This document shows positions 55,846-64,000 of a stretch of 64,000 nucleotides of DNA, in pieces. This DNA comes from an uncultured Gammaproteobacteria bacterium (GTDB lineage Bacteria; Patescibacteriota; Microgenomatia; UBA8517): assembly GCA_964494885.1 (NCBI GenBank), contig CAZBTH010000003.1:5983-69982 (forward strand). The letters run 5' to 3'. The notes beneath the pieces were generated by a model. That model ran no database searches. It saw only the letters and a list, made by a program, of their open reading frames with translations, and was not told where the DNA came from. Numbering within the stretch: the stretch's first letter is position 1; each line of letters begins with the position of its first letter. A program made the translations under genes and the position numbers.

Positions 55846-56649
55846 ATGAAGTCACTGCTACCCAAATTATTATTTTTTTACTCAACAGTTGTTGCACTAC
55901 TGATAACGGTTAGCAGTGGAAGGTTCGTTTTTCTCTTTTTACCAGTTCTTACCTATTTTCTTTTAGAAACCACACGACGGTTCTTTTTCTCGCAAGACCA
56001 GATTCTCTCGGTAGGCATCGAAAAAATATTGATATATTACAGCTTTGTAATAAGCAGCCTTGTAGTTGTAATGGGGTTTGTATCTGCGGGGAGTTTGACC
56101 CAAATGATCTCCGGAGTGATATTTGTTCCATTACTCATTTATTTTGCATCACAGGTTTTTCCCAGAAGAACCCGCGCTGTCCGCCTTCCGAAGACTCCAG
56201 AAATAATAATTCAAACAAACGAGGATAAAGTTGACGAAAAAACCATAAAGCTTAAGAAGGAGGGGGTAGACATTGACCGCAGAACATTTTTAAAGCTAAT
56301 CGGTTCGGCGGGACTTAGCCTTTTCTTATTCTCGATTTTTACCAAGCGGGCAGAGGCTGCATTTTTCGGAAGCGTTCCCGGACCGGGCACTGTTTCTGTT
56401 AAAGATATTGCAGGAAATAAAATTAACCCTGCCGAAAAACAGCCGACAGACGGCTATAGAATCAGCCGGCTCGACGACGCATCCCCCGCCTACTACGGAT
56501 TTACCAACAAGGACGGCGCCTGGTTTGTGATGAAAGAATTGGAAGACGGGTCCTACCTTTACCGAAAAGGAAACTCCGGTTTTGCCGCCGCCTGGGCAGA
56601 ACGAGGAAATATCGGTATTACATACGACGAGTTTGAAAATGTGTTTTAA
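55846..56649 (+). CDS. Hypothetical protein: N-terminal 4-TM region followed by an internal twin-arginine-like signal and a soluble domain
   Basis: DRRTFLKLIGSAGLSLFLFSIFTKRAEAAF resembles a Tat signal with an AxA cleavage site, but sits about 130 aa into the ORF. Confidence 0.4.
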   Translation: MKSLLPKLLFFYSTVVALLITVSSGRFVFLFLPVLTYFLLETTRRFFFSQDQILSVGIEKILIYYSFVISSLVVVMGFVSAGSLTQMISGVIFVPLLIYFASQVFPRRTRAVRLPKTPEIIIQTNEDKVDEKTIKLKKEGVDIDRRTFLKLIGSAGLSLFLFSIFTKRAEAAFFGSVPGPGTVSVKDIAGNKINPAEKQPTDGYRISRLDDASPAYYGFTNKDGAWFVMKELEDGSYLYRKGNSGFAAAWAERGNIGITYDEFENVF

Positions 56650-56699
56650 AAAGATCAACTTTAACGCCCCTTGACCTTTAACCTAAAATCAGCTATTTA

Positions 56700-57203
56700 T
56701 TGAGTATGAAACTTACAAAAGAGATTTGGCTCGTAGTTGCGTTTGTTGCTTTTCTTATGGCTTGGCTTATCGATAGGCTAGCCGGACCTGTATCGATCGC
56801 TGTCGGAAACCCGATTGCATTTCTTTCCTCCTCAAGACTCCTTAACACCTATCCGTTTACGGCGACGGCAATAATCATAAGAACTCTAGCAATTTTTATT
56901 TCAGCAATGTTGATTTTTTCTCTCTTTAACAGGAAATACTTTACCAAAGCCGTAGTACTTACCTTCCTTTGCATTCTGGCCGAATTCTTTTCAATTCAAC
57001 AGCTTGCAACCGGGTTTAGAGTCACCACAATTCAATGGACGCTTTCTATTGCCTACGCAAGCCTCATCTTGGTGGTCGGAATCGTCTGGCTGATTTTAAT
57101 GGGAATCTGGGCAAGCTTTAACAAAGAAGCAACCCCCACCGAAAGCCCCGGCGGGCCAAGAGAAGATTCAGTGCTCGAACCGCCCTCGGAAAATAGAGGA
57201 TAG
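56700..57203 (+). CDS. Polytopic membrane protein, hypothetical
   Basis: About 5 TM helices. Confidence 0.45.
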   Translation: MSMKLTKEIWLVVAFVAFLMAWLIDRLAGPVSIAVGNPIAFLSSSRLLNTYPFTATAIIIRTLAIFISAMLIFSLFNRKYFTKAVVLTFLCILAEFFSIQQLATGFRVTTIQWTLSIAYASLILVVGIVWLILMGIWASFNKEATPTESPGGPREDSVLEPPSENRG

Positions 57204-57204
57204 A

Positions 57205-58032
57205 TCACAAATTTTTAAGATATTCCTTTGCCAATTCTTGAAAATTCCCGGCGAACGACATTACCGACTCCCTTTCTTCTATAAACGGAGTTAAATCGTC
57301 TTCAATCATCTCTTTTGTAACTTTTTTAATCTTTTGGTTAATCAGTTTAATAGCCTTAACTTTAGACAAGCCTGTTTGGTTTTCAACCTGAACCCAATTG
57401 GGTTTTATTCCCTTCTCCAGATACCAAATCAGATCATAATAATCCCTGCCTTTAAACCTGACAACATTTTCCACTCCTTCGATTTTCTCTCTGGTTAATA
57501 TTGCGCTGATTTTGCCCGCAAACAAATCTTCAATAGAGTATCTCCTCATCACAAAGGAAAGATTCTCATAACTTTTGGCTGTGACCTCCACCCTTGCATA
57601 GGGCTTGTCGTTTTGAGAAAAATCAATCCGGATATGCAATATATTAGTCTCACTTTGATCTACCGGTAACCCAATTTCTTTGAGTATCGGAAACTTCAAG
57701 TAAATTGTTCTTCTATTGTTTGCAAGTTTAACTGACAAATCGTCAAATTTTAGCCTTTCGGAAAAATAATTTTTTAAAGCATCGGAAAAATCTTCTATGT
57801 TAAAATTTGACCCGACCTCAACGTCAAAATCTAAATCTTCCGAAAGTCTTGGCAGCTTAAAACAAAACCTCAAGGCGGTCCCGCCCTTAAATAAAAGGAT
57901 CTTGCCCCAATTGCCCGTAAAGACGAAGTTGAGTACGTAATACTGAATGGCCTCTTTTAACAGGCTTCTAACATAGAGCTTATTTTTATCTTTATTCTCC
58001 AGATATACTTGTTTTAATTTAGAAAGAAACAT
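57205..58032 (-). CDS. AbiEii-like nucleotidyltransferase toxin (type IV TA), copy 1
   Basis: LLFKGGTALRFCFKLPRLSEDLDFD shows the GGTAL and SEDLDF hallmarks of the AbiEii family. Confidence 0.75.
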   Translation of the reverse strand: MFLSKLKQVYLENKDKNKLYVRSLLKEAIQYYVLNFVFTGNWGKILLFKGGTALRFCFKLPRLSEDLDFDVEVGSNFNIEDFSDALKNYFSERLKFDDLSVKLANNRRTIYLKFPILKEIGLPVDQSETNILHIRIDFSQNDKPYARVEVTAKSYENLSFVMRRYSIEDLFAGKISAILTREKIEGVENVVRFKGRDYYDLIWYLEKGIKPNWVQVENQTGLSKVKAIKLINQKIKKVTKEMIEDDLTPFIEERESVMSFAGNFQELAKEYLKNL

Positions 58033-58660
58033 AATTTTTTTCTATACTTTTCAATACCGTTGACATTTTTTTACTCTTGGCTGATTTTACATACAATTTA
58101 AACTCACCCAGATCTTCTTTTGTAAAACTATCCCAATTTATTCTAGCATCCAAAACGGATACACCGATATTCTCCATTCTTTTAAGATAAAAATAATCAA
58201 ACAATGCTTTAGCTTTGGAAGCGATATAAATTGTCTTATCTTGCCATTTCTTTTGCCTAAAACCCAAAAATAAGGTTGACTTAATACTTTTATATATAAA
58301 GTTTCCCAAAAAATTATTATATTTTCTGGTCGTTTTCGTGGTAATTGAAGTTATGGAAAAAACAGATTCGGGGATCAGACCTTCGTTAGAAAGCACGTAT
58401 TCACCGGATATATATGAAGGTTCTCTTAAAACGTTGGTAATATACTCAAAGTAAGGTTCCTTTTCTACTCTTTCGAAAAAAGGGTCGGTTACATACAAAC
58501 CTTTTTTTAAAACTTTCAAATAACCGATTTTAACGAGACGTTCTAATTTTTTGTCAAGATTCCTGCCTTCCTTATCGACAAGGATAGATGCCGTACTTTT
58601 GTTGAAAAAAGGCAATTTCTCGAGCTCCTCCTGATACTTTATTCCAGAAATACTAATCAT
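58019..58660 (-). CDS. AbiEi-like antitoxin/transcriptional regulator, copy 1
   Basis: Lies upstream of copy-1 AbiEii and overlaps it by 14 nt. N-terminal wHTH-like region ...LERLVKIGYLKVLKKGLYV. Confidence 0.6.
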   Translation of the reverse strand: MISISGIKYQEELEKLPFFNKSTASILVDKEGRNLDKKLERLVKIGYLKVLKKGLYVTDPFFERVEKEPYFEYITNVLREPSYISGEYVLSNEGLIPESVFSITSITTKTTRKYNNFLGNFIYKSIKSTLFLGFRQKKWQDKTIYIASKAKALFDYFYLKRMENIGVSVLDARINWDSFTKEDLGEFKLYVKSAKSKKMSTVLKSIEKNYVSF

Positions 58661-58708
58661 TTAGTAGTAATTCTAAAACAAATGGGGGTATTTGTCAAGT
58701 CTTCCCAA

Positions 58709-59431
58709 TCAGAAAAATTTATCCAACTCCATCAAAAGCGGTTTTGGGAATGCGTCAATCGCGGGCTTCATGCTTTTAGGAAGAAAGTGTAAAAGTTCAT
58801 CGCCAAATTTAATTTGTTTTTTCTCCAATATTTCTCGAATTTTCTTCAATTCGTCTTTTTCTGAAACAGTTAGCTCACCATTTTTCAATAAGAAATATAC
58901 ATCATAAAAATCTCTGGGTTTACTTCTTGTAAGTGCTGCTTGAATTTTCTCCCCTATCATTTCTCTTTTAGGCAACAAATATGCCTGATAGGTTGGAATA
59001 TATTCATTCAAAATATCAACTATGTCATAGTCAATACCTATTTTTTTTCTTAATGAAATTTGAATATTAATTGGAATTTTCAAAGTCAAAATATTAACAT
59101 ATAATTTGGCCAAATACCCACCCGTTGTTCCTTTAGACTCTTCAATATCACAATTTAAACCATTGTTTGATAATTCTTCCAAGACAGAAAGAATTATCTT
59201 TTCAATCTCTCTATTGTCAACCTCACAAGCTGAGAAATCTAGATCTTCTGAAAAACGAGGACTTTTATATGCTAGCCTGTATGCAGTCCCGCCTTTAAAA
59301 AGAATTTTATTGGAATTTTCAATTTGATATAACGAAGACAAAAACAGATGCTGGGCATATTCCCTATGAACATTATCAGTTGTAGTTTGAAATTTGTTTT
59401 GTATTATTAACAGTCTTTCGTAAGTTAGCAT
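58709..59431 (-). CDS. AbiEii-like nucleotidyltransferase toxin, copy 2
   Basis: ILFKGGTAYRLAYKSPRFSEDLDFS. Confidence 0.75.
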   Translation of the reverse strand: MLTYERLLIIQNKFQTTTDNVHREYAQHLFLSSLYQIENSNKILFKGGTAYRLAYKSPRFSEDLDFSACEVDNREIEKIILSVLEELSNNGLNCDIEESKGTTGGYLAKLYVNILTLKIPINIQISLRKKIGIDYDIVDILNEYIPTYQAYLLPKREMIGEKIQAALTRSKPRDFYDVYFLLKNGELTVSEKDELKKIREILEKKQIKFGDELLHFLPKSMKPAIDAFPKPLLMELDKFF

Positions 59432-59432
59432 A

Positions 59433-60008
59433 TTATTTAAAAACTTTTTTTAATAAATTGTCCAATCGTTTATCGTTAAAATAATTTGCGTAATTAAAAA
59501 TCTTTTGCTTGTCTAGTTTGACAATATTCATTCGATCATTTAAAACTCGCTTGCCTAGAGCTACAAAATATAAATAATCTACAAGCGCTTTCTCGGGATC
59601 AGCTATAAGTATGTCATTAATTAAATCATAACCTGTATAGGCTTGTTTTTTAATTTTATAATATCGATACATAGTCTGTTCGTCGCCAAATTCTCTTGTG
59701 GCCTTTGTGGTTACAGACGTAATTGTATATACAGTCTCCGGGATAATGTTGTGTCTGGAGAGTGCTGTATCTAAAGATATATATGACGGTGAATAAACTT
59801 TGTTCGCAATTCTAAATTTGTCGTTGACTTCATTTCGCAAATAATAAACACCCCTTCGCGGACTAATTAGATACCCTTTAGCCTTATACCTTGAAAGTTT
59901 AACGGCGACAACTTTTCTATCCACATTAAAAATGTTCACAAAATCCTGATTTGTAAATACTTCCAAATTATGCTCTTTTAATGTCTGCCTGATTTGTTGG
60001 AAATTCAT
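59433..60008 (-). CDS. AbiEi-like antitoxin, copy 2
   Basis: Lies 1 nt upstream of copy-2 AbiEii. ...LSRYKAKGYLISPRRGVYYL. Confidence 0.6.
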   Translation of the reverse strand: MNFQQIRQTLKEHNLEVFTNQDFVNIFNVDRKVVAVKLSRYKAKGYLISPRRGVYYLRNEVNDKFRIANKVYSPSYISLDTALSRHNIIPETVYTITSVTTKATREFGDEQTMYRYYKIKKQAYTGYDLINDILIADPEKALVDYLYFVALGKRVLNDRMNIVKLDKQKIFNYANYFNDKRLDNLLKKVFK

Positions 60009-60111
60009 TTTCTTAACAATTATGTTAACTATGTGAATTCATATTAAAACTGATTTGGGGCTTTATCAAGAAATCGTTTGCTTACCAAATTCTGATTTGG
60101 CCAAGCTTTGC

Positions 60112-60516
60112 TTACACACTCTTCTTCCCCACCACAAGCTTCCAGGCAATTCTCTGAACTATATAAGCCCCAAGGCCAATTGCAAAAGTCCAGAAATAAT
60201 TGGTGATTCCAAATCCTGCCACTTGAGAAAATCTGGAAACTATCCAAAAAGCGAAAACGTTTGCGCTAAAAAAATAGCCGAATGTAACCGCGGAGCTATC
60301 GAACTTGATTCCTTTGCTCATAGCAAAATCCCAAAGTACCCAGATGAAAAAAGTTACCCAAAAACCGGTATAAATAGCCGACTCGATGGGATTAAAGCGC
60401 CAGTTGCCCAAAACTATATTTTGAGAAAACATACTTCCGAAAAAATACAAAACAATAGAGTTGACTAACCAATAAGCAAAATATAATAAATGGTTATACA
60501 TAAATCTCACCCCCAT
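60112..60516 (-). CDS. Four-TM membrane protein, hypothetical
   Basis: ORF with 4 hydrophobic helices. Confidence 0.45.
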   Translation of the reverse strand: MGVRFMYNHLLYFAYWLVNSIVLYFFGSMFSQNIVLGNWRFNPIESAIYTGFWVTFFIWVLWDFAMSKGIKFDSSAVTFGYFFSANVFAFWIVSRFSQVAGFGITNYFWTFAIGLGAYIVQRIAWKLVVGKKSV

Positions 60517-60657
60517 TCGAAACAGTGATTAGTGACTAGCGATTAGAGATTAGTTTAGTTCCAGACTATACCCTAAAACCTATACGCTAAACCCTTTCTG
60601 CAATTTGAATATATCACAAAAACATTCCAACCGAAATGGAAATTTAGTATACTGATT

Positions 60658-62244
60658 TTGAATAACATGGCGGCACCAATTTACACTTCAGACCTAACAG
60701 ATCTTCTAACCGATATGGCCTCAACAACGGGCTGGACGGCTCTTGGGGGTGGAGCCGGTGGTTTGGTTGCACCTGAGACCGACTTTTTTATCCAAGGAAA
60801 CAATTGTATTTCCAAAGCAGGCTGGTCGTCTGCCGTAAAGGGAATGGTCTACAATGTAGGCAGCGGCCAGACAGTTGCTAGTGGCAAAGCAGTTTTTATG
60901 TGGATTTATTACTGGGCGCCAAACTCTTTGGACGTTGAAGCTGGCACTCCAGGAGGACTCCAGCTACTTATTGGTAGCTCTACTACAGCCTACAAAGCCT
61001 GGGACATCCGCGGAAAGGACACCCTTACTTACGGAGGTTGGGTTTGCGGAGTAGTCGACCCAACCACCGGCGCTGATGACGTCACCGGCTCTCCATCCGC
61101 CACACTTCAATATTTTGGCGCAACAGCTAATGTTCCGGGGGCGGGTCCATCAAAAGGACAGCCTTTGGGAATTGATGCTTTTCGCCACGGACGTGATTTT
61201 ACCTGCACAAACGGCGACGCCTCAAATGGTTATGCAACTTTTTTAGGAGCCGCCTCTTATAATGACAATGTCACGAGGCGCTACGGCCAAATCCAAGCAA
61301 CTGACGGTGGTTATTTGCAGCAAGGAAGGTTTTTAATGGGATCCTCTTCTATAGCCGTTGACTTTCGCGACAGCAATAAATCAATACTTATAGCCAGGAC
61401 TCCAAAAGTTTCATCTAGCTTCAACACTTTTGAAGTACAAAATGCTGCAAGCCGTGTTGACTGGACAAATATTACCATCACGGCTTTAGGTACAACTTCG
61501 AGGGGAGATTTTGTCACAACCGACAACGCCAACATAAACATTGATAGTTGTACATTTACGGATATGGGAACGTTTGATTTCCAATCGAATAGCACTATTC
61601 TTACATCTACATTTCGAAGGTGTAATTTGGTAACACAAAGTTCTGCCGTCTTCACCGATTGCACTTTTGACTCAACCAATGACTCAACAAAGGCCATTCT
61701 GTCGAACAATCCCGCCAATATTTCAAACTGCACTTTTATTTCTAGCGGCACCAAGCATGCAATAGAGATCAACACGGCCGGAACATATTCTTTTACCGGA
61801 AATGCTTTTGTCGGTTATGCCACCGGCAACGGCTCAACCGGCAATGAAGTTATTTACAATAATTCAGGCGGTTCTGTAACACTTAATCACTCGGGAACTA
61901 CCGGCACTATTTCTGTCAGGAACGGCTCCGGGGCCACGACCACGGTCGCAGTCTCGGCTACATTAACCATTGAAATCCGCAACTCGGATGACGGAACACT
62001 AATCACCCAAAATTGTGAAGTAACCGTTGTCAAGGTGTCAGATGAATCGATTCTTTTTCATGAGGATGATATAACGGACGGCATAACTGAATATTCATAC
62101 TCCACCGGTTCGGGAACATCAATCTATATAAATGTTATTAATACAGCGGGTTATCAAAACAAAGTTGTGTTTCAAACATTGTCTGCAAACAGTGAAACTG
62201 CGAAAGTATTTTTGGATACAGACAGAATTTACACCAACCCCTAA
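60658..62244 (+). CDS. Ser/Thr/Gly/Asn-rich parallel-beta-helix-like protein, no signal peptide (possibly phage-derived fibre or tailspike)
   Basis: Repeated motifs such as NCTFISSGTKHAIEIN, DSCTFTDMG and TDCTFDS. About 49% GC against about 36% in the flanks. Confidence 0.5.
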   Translation: MNNMAAPIYTSDLTDLLTDMASTTGWTALGGGAGGLVAPETDFFIQGNNCISKAGWSSAVKGMVYNVGSGQTVASGKAVFMWIYYWAPNSLDVEAGTPGGLQLLIGSSTTAYKAWDIRGKDTLTYGGWVCGVVDPTTGADDVTGSPSATLQYFGATANVPGAGPSKGQPLGIDAFRHGRDFTCTNGDASNGYATFLGAASYNDNVTRRYGQIQATDGGYLQQGRFLMGSSSIAVDFRDSNKSILIARTPKVSSSFNTFEVQNAASRVDWTNITITALGTTSRGDFVTTDNANINIDSCTFTDMGTFDFQSNSTILTSTFRRCNLVTQSSAVFTDCTFDSTNDSTKAILSNNPANISNCTFISSGTKHAIEINTAGTYSFTGNAFVGYATGNGSTGNEVIYNNSGGSVTLNHSGTTGTISVRNGSGATTTVAVSATLTIEIRNSDDGTLITQNCEVTVVKVSDESILFHEDDITDGITEYSYSTGSGTSIYINVINTAGYQNKVVFQTLSANSETAKVFLDTDRIYTNP

Positions 62245-62303
62245 CCCTACAGCATATTGACAAGTCGTGGACTAAACACTATAATAATTATAGTGTTTGG
62301 ACT

Positions 62304-62891
62304 ATGAAATATAATAAAAAGTCGATCGCCAGTATTCTGCGTTCTCCAAAAACAGTTTTTACCTTTAAAGACGTTTCATTAATTTGGGGCGACACCAATA
62401 AAAAAAATGTTATAGCAAGCGCTAATTATTACGTTAGAACCGGTCAACTCATTAGAGTTAGAAAGGGAATCTATAGCAAAAACGAAAATTATGACCGAAT
62501 GGAACTGGCTAATAGAATTTTTGTTCCATCATATATTAGTTTCGAAACAGTGTTGGGCAAGGAAGGTGTTAATTTTCAATATTACGGCCAAATATTTATT
62601 GCCTCTTATCTTACCCGTAACATAATTATCAACAACCAAACTTATTCATTTAGAAAAATTAAGAATGAAATCCTTGTAAACCCATTAGGAATCAACAACG
62701 AAAATGACATATCAACGGCAACCAAAGAGCGGGCTTTTTTGGACACCATTTATATAAACGGGGACTATTATTTTGACCACATTGATTCACTTGATTGGAA
62801 AAAGATATTTGAAATCCTTCCAATATATAACAAAAAACAAATGGCCAAAAAAGTTAAATATTGGTACAATTATTTTAAAGAAAACAGATAA
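62304..62891 (+). CDS. AbiEi-like antitoxin, copy 3
   Basis: Immediately upstream of copy-3 AbiEii. ...YYVRTGQLIRVRKGIYSK. Confidence 0.6.
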   Translation: MKYNKKSIASILRSPKTVFTFKDVSLIWGDTNKKNVIASANYYVRTGQLIRVRKGIYSKNENYDRMELANRIFVPSYISFETVLGKEGVNFQYYGQIFIASYLTRNIIINNQTYSFRKIKNEILVNPLGINNENDISTATKERAFLDTIYINGDYYFDHIDSLDWKKIFEILPIYNKKQMAKKVKYWYNYFKENR

Positions 62892-63584
62892 ATGTCGCTT
62901 AATATACCAAAACACAGAGATATCCTTTTACAAATTCTAAAGGATGTATATTCTGATACAACAATTTCTTCATTTTTAGGATTTAAAGGAGGGACCGCCG
63001 CTCTGCTTTTTTATGATTTAAGCCGTTTTTCAGTAGACCTGGATTTCGATTTGATTGATGAAACTAAAGAAGATGAAGTTTTTGAAAAAATAAAAGTGAT
63101 TTCTCAAAAATATGGTGTGCTGGAGGCTAAAAAGAAACGTTTCAATTTGATATTTATTATTTCCTATGCAAAAAATGAGCAAAAGATCAAAATTGAAATT
63201 AACCGCAGACATTTTGGTTCAAAATACCAACTAAGGACTTATTTAGGTATCTCCGTACTTGTTATGAATGAGGAGGATATGTTTGCCCATAAATTGATGG
63301 CTATGAACGAAAGATTTGAGAAAACCAGCCGTGATATATATGACGTTTGGTTCTTTTTGAAAAAAGGTTGGCCAATTAATAAAAAAATTATTGAAGAAAG
63401 ATCGGGTAAATCTTTTATTAGTTTATTAAAAGACAATTTGAATAAATTAGAAAATATGAATAATGGCAATATTCTAAAAGGAGTTGGCGAACTTTTAACG
63501 CAAAGTCAAAAGGACTGGGCAAAGGCAAAACTAAGAGATGATACAATATTTCTTTTGAAATTAAGATTGGAAAACGAAAATTAG
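62892..63584 (+). CDS. AbiEii-like nucleotidyltransferase toxin, copy 3
   Basis: LGFKGGTAALLFYDLSRFSVDLDFD. Confidence 0.75.
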   Translation: MSLNIPKHRDILLQILKDVYSDTTISSFLGFKGGTAALLFYDLSRFSVDLDFDLIDETKEDEVFEKIKVISQKYGVLEAKKKRFNLIFIISYAKNEQKIKIEINRRHFGSKYQLRTYLGISVLVMNEEDMFAHKLMAMNERFEKTSRDIYDVWFFLKKGWPINKKIIEERSGKSFISLLKDNLNKLENMNNGNILKGVGELLTQSQKDWAKAKLRDDTIFLLKLRLENEN

Positions 63585-63688
63585 TATATCAATTCCGTCT
63601 TAAATATATCAATTCCGACGTAAATATAAATCCCCCTTGACAGACCTTGCCACGGTCGCTGTAAACTGTTTCTAATCGATTTCAAAGA

Positions 63689-63730
63689 TTAGAAATATAG
63701 AAGATTAGAAATATAGAAGATTAGAAATAA
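63689..63730. repeat. 18-nt tandem repeat (AGATTAGAAATATAGAAG, about 2.5 copies) just upstream of a start codon
   Basis: agattagaaatatagaagattagaaatatagaagattagaaataaATG. Confidence 0.8.
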
Positions 63731-64000
63731 ATGGCGAAAATTGTTGATCCAGATTCATTAAACCAAGCAACCGAAGTCGTAATTGATACGACTTTAAAGA
63801 CAATCCAGCTTCTCGCAACCGGAAACTTAAGTAATGCCTCCCCCGGTTCAACGTCCGGCGTTACCCTCCAAGCCGTTTATTCGTTCTTAAAAGAGGAATG
63901 GAAAACCGATACGGCACTAAACAAATTTAAATTTCCCATCAAAATGTTTACGAAGACTGACGGAATCATGATTAACGCTTGGGATTGGAAAGATGCAACC
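63731..64000 (+). CDS. 5' part of an unknown protein (partial, runs off the window end)
   Basis: MAKIVDPDSLNQATEVVIDTTLKTIQLLATG... Open to the end of the window. Confidence 0.45.
   Translation, partial: MAKIVDPDSLNQATEVVIDTTLKTIQLLATGNLSNASPGSTSGVTLQAVYSFLKEEWKTDTALNKFKFPIKMFTKTDGIMINAWDWKDAT

Noticed and set aside
1-64000. CRISPR array, rRNA genes or integrase catalytic domain
   Set aside because: No regularly spaced direct repeats of CRISPR type were found. No rRNA-like conserved stretches were found. The only integrase-like sequences are N-terminal SAM-like domains with no R-H-R-Y catalytic domain.

Overview
The window looks like a 64 kb stretch of a compact, low-GC bacterial chromosome. 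Genes are short and densely packed, and most lack Shine-Dalgarno sites. Content and gestalt suggest a Patescibacteria/CPR-like organism; this is inference only. Recognisable housekeeping genes include an MsbA-like ABC exporter, dCMP deaminase, an M32 carboxypeptidase, a C-terminally extended UppS, a HAD phosphatase, a probable isopentenyl phosphate kinase, an ECF sigma factor and an RpoD-like sigma factor, TagA/WecB, MreB, a PEGA protein, tRNA-Arg(CCT), tRNA-Pro(CGG), an M16 peptidase, ArgS, LeuS, an M20 peptidase, a GNAT acetyltransferase, and comEA with a split comEC. Several features fall outside ordinary annotation. (1) An IS200-like Y1 transposase of the RAYT type is flanked by REP-like palindromes (TTTAAAGGTCGGACCTTTAAAG), and copies of the same palindrome family sit in frame inside at least five protein-coding genes: the ABC exporter, the IPK-like kinase, the M16 peptidase, LeuS and the transposase itself. 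(2) Other short repeat families are also embedded in frame in essential genes: CAGTCAACA repeats in LeuS and in a giant surface protein, AAATCTACAAAT/TTGCTTATTTG repeats in ArgS and at the N-termini of surface proteins, and ATATAC heptamer arrays in intergenic regions. (3) A higher-GC island of about 5 kb at 20.2-25.4 kb carries six membrane or secreted proteins with strong SD sites and clear promoters and terminators, and is bracketed by two DUF1003 paralogs. (4) A tRNA-like minihelix (acceptor stem plus T-arm only) abuts the GNAT start codon, and a 400-nt ORF-free GC-rich structured region follows; ArgS has a duplicated 3' terminus beside a structured GC-rich insert. (5) A cell-surface locus at 39.7-53.4 kb holds two tandem two-gene modules of secreted paralogs and a frameshift-split giant protein of about 1800 aa. 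That protein has two N-terminal integrase-type SAM-like domains, a TM helix, a long Thr/Gly/Ser-rich ectodomain with an internal S74 (endosialidase chaperone) domain, and is followed by an O-antigen-ligase/TPR protein. (6) A defence island of three AbiEi/AbiEii pairs at 57.2-63.6 kb surrounds a higher-GC beta-helix protein and a small membrane protein. No CRISPR array, rRNA or reverse transcriptase was found.
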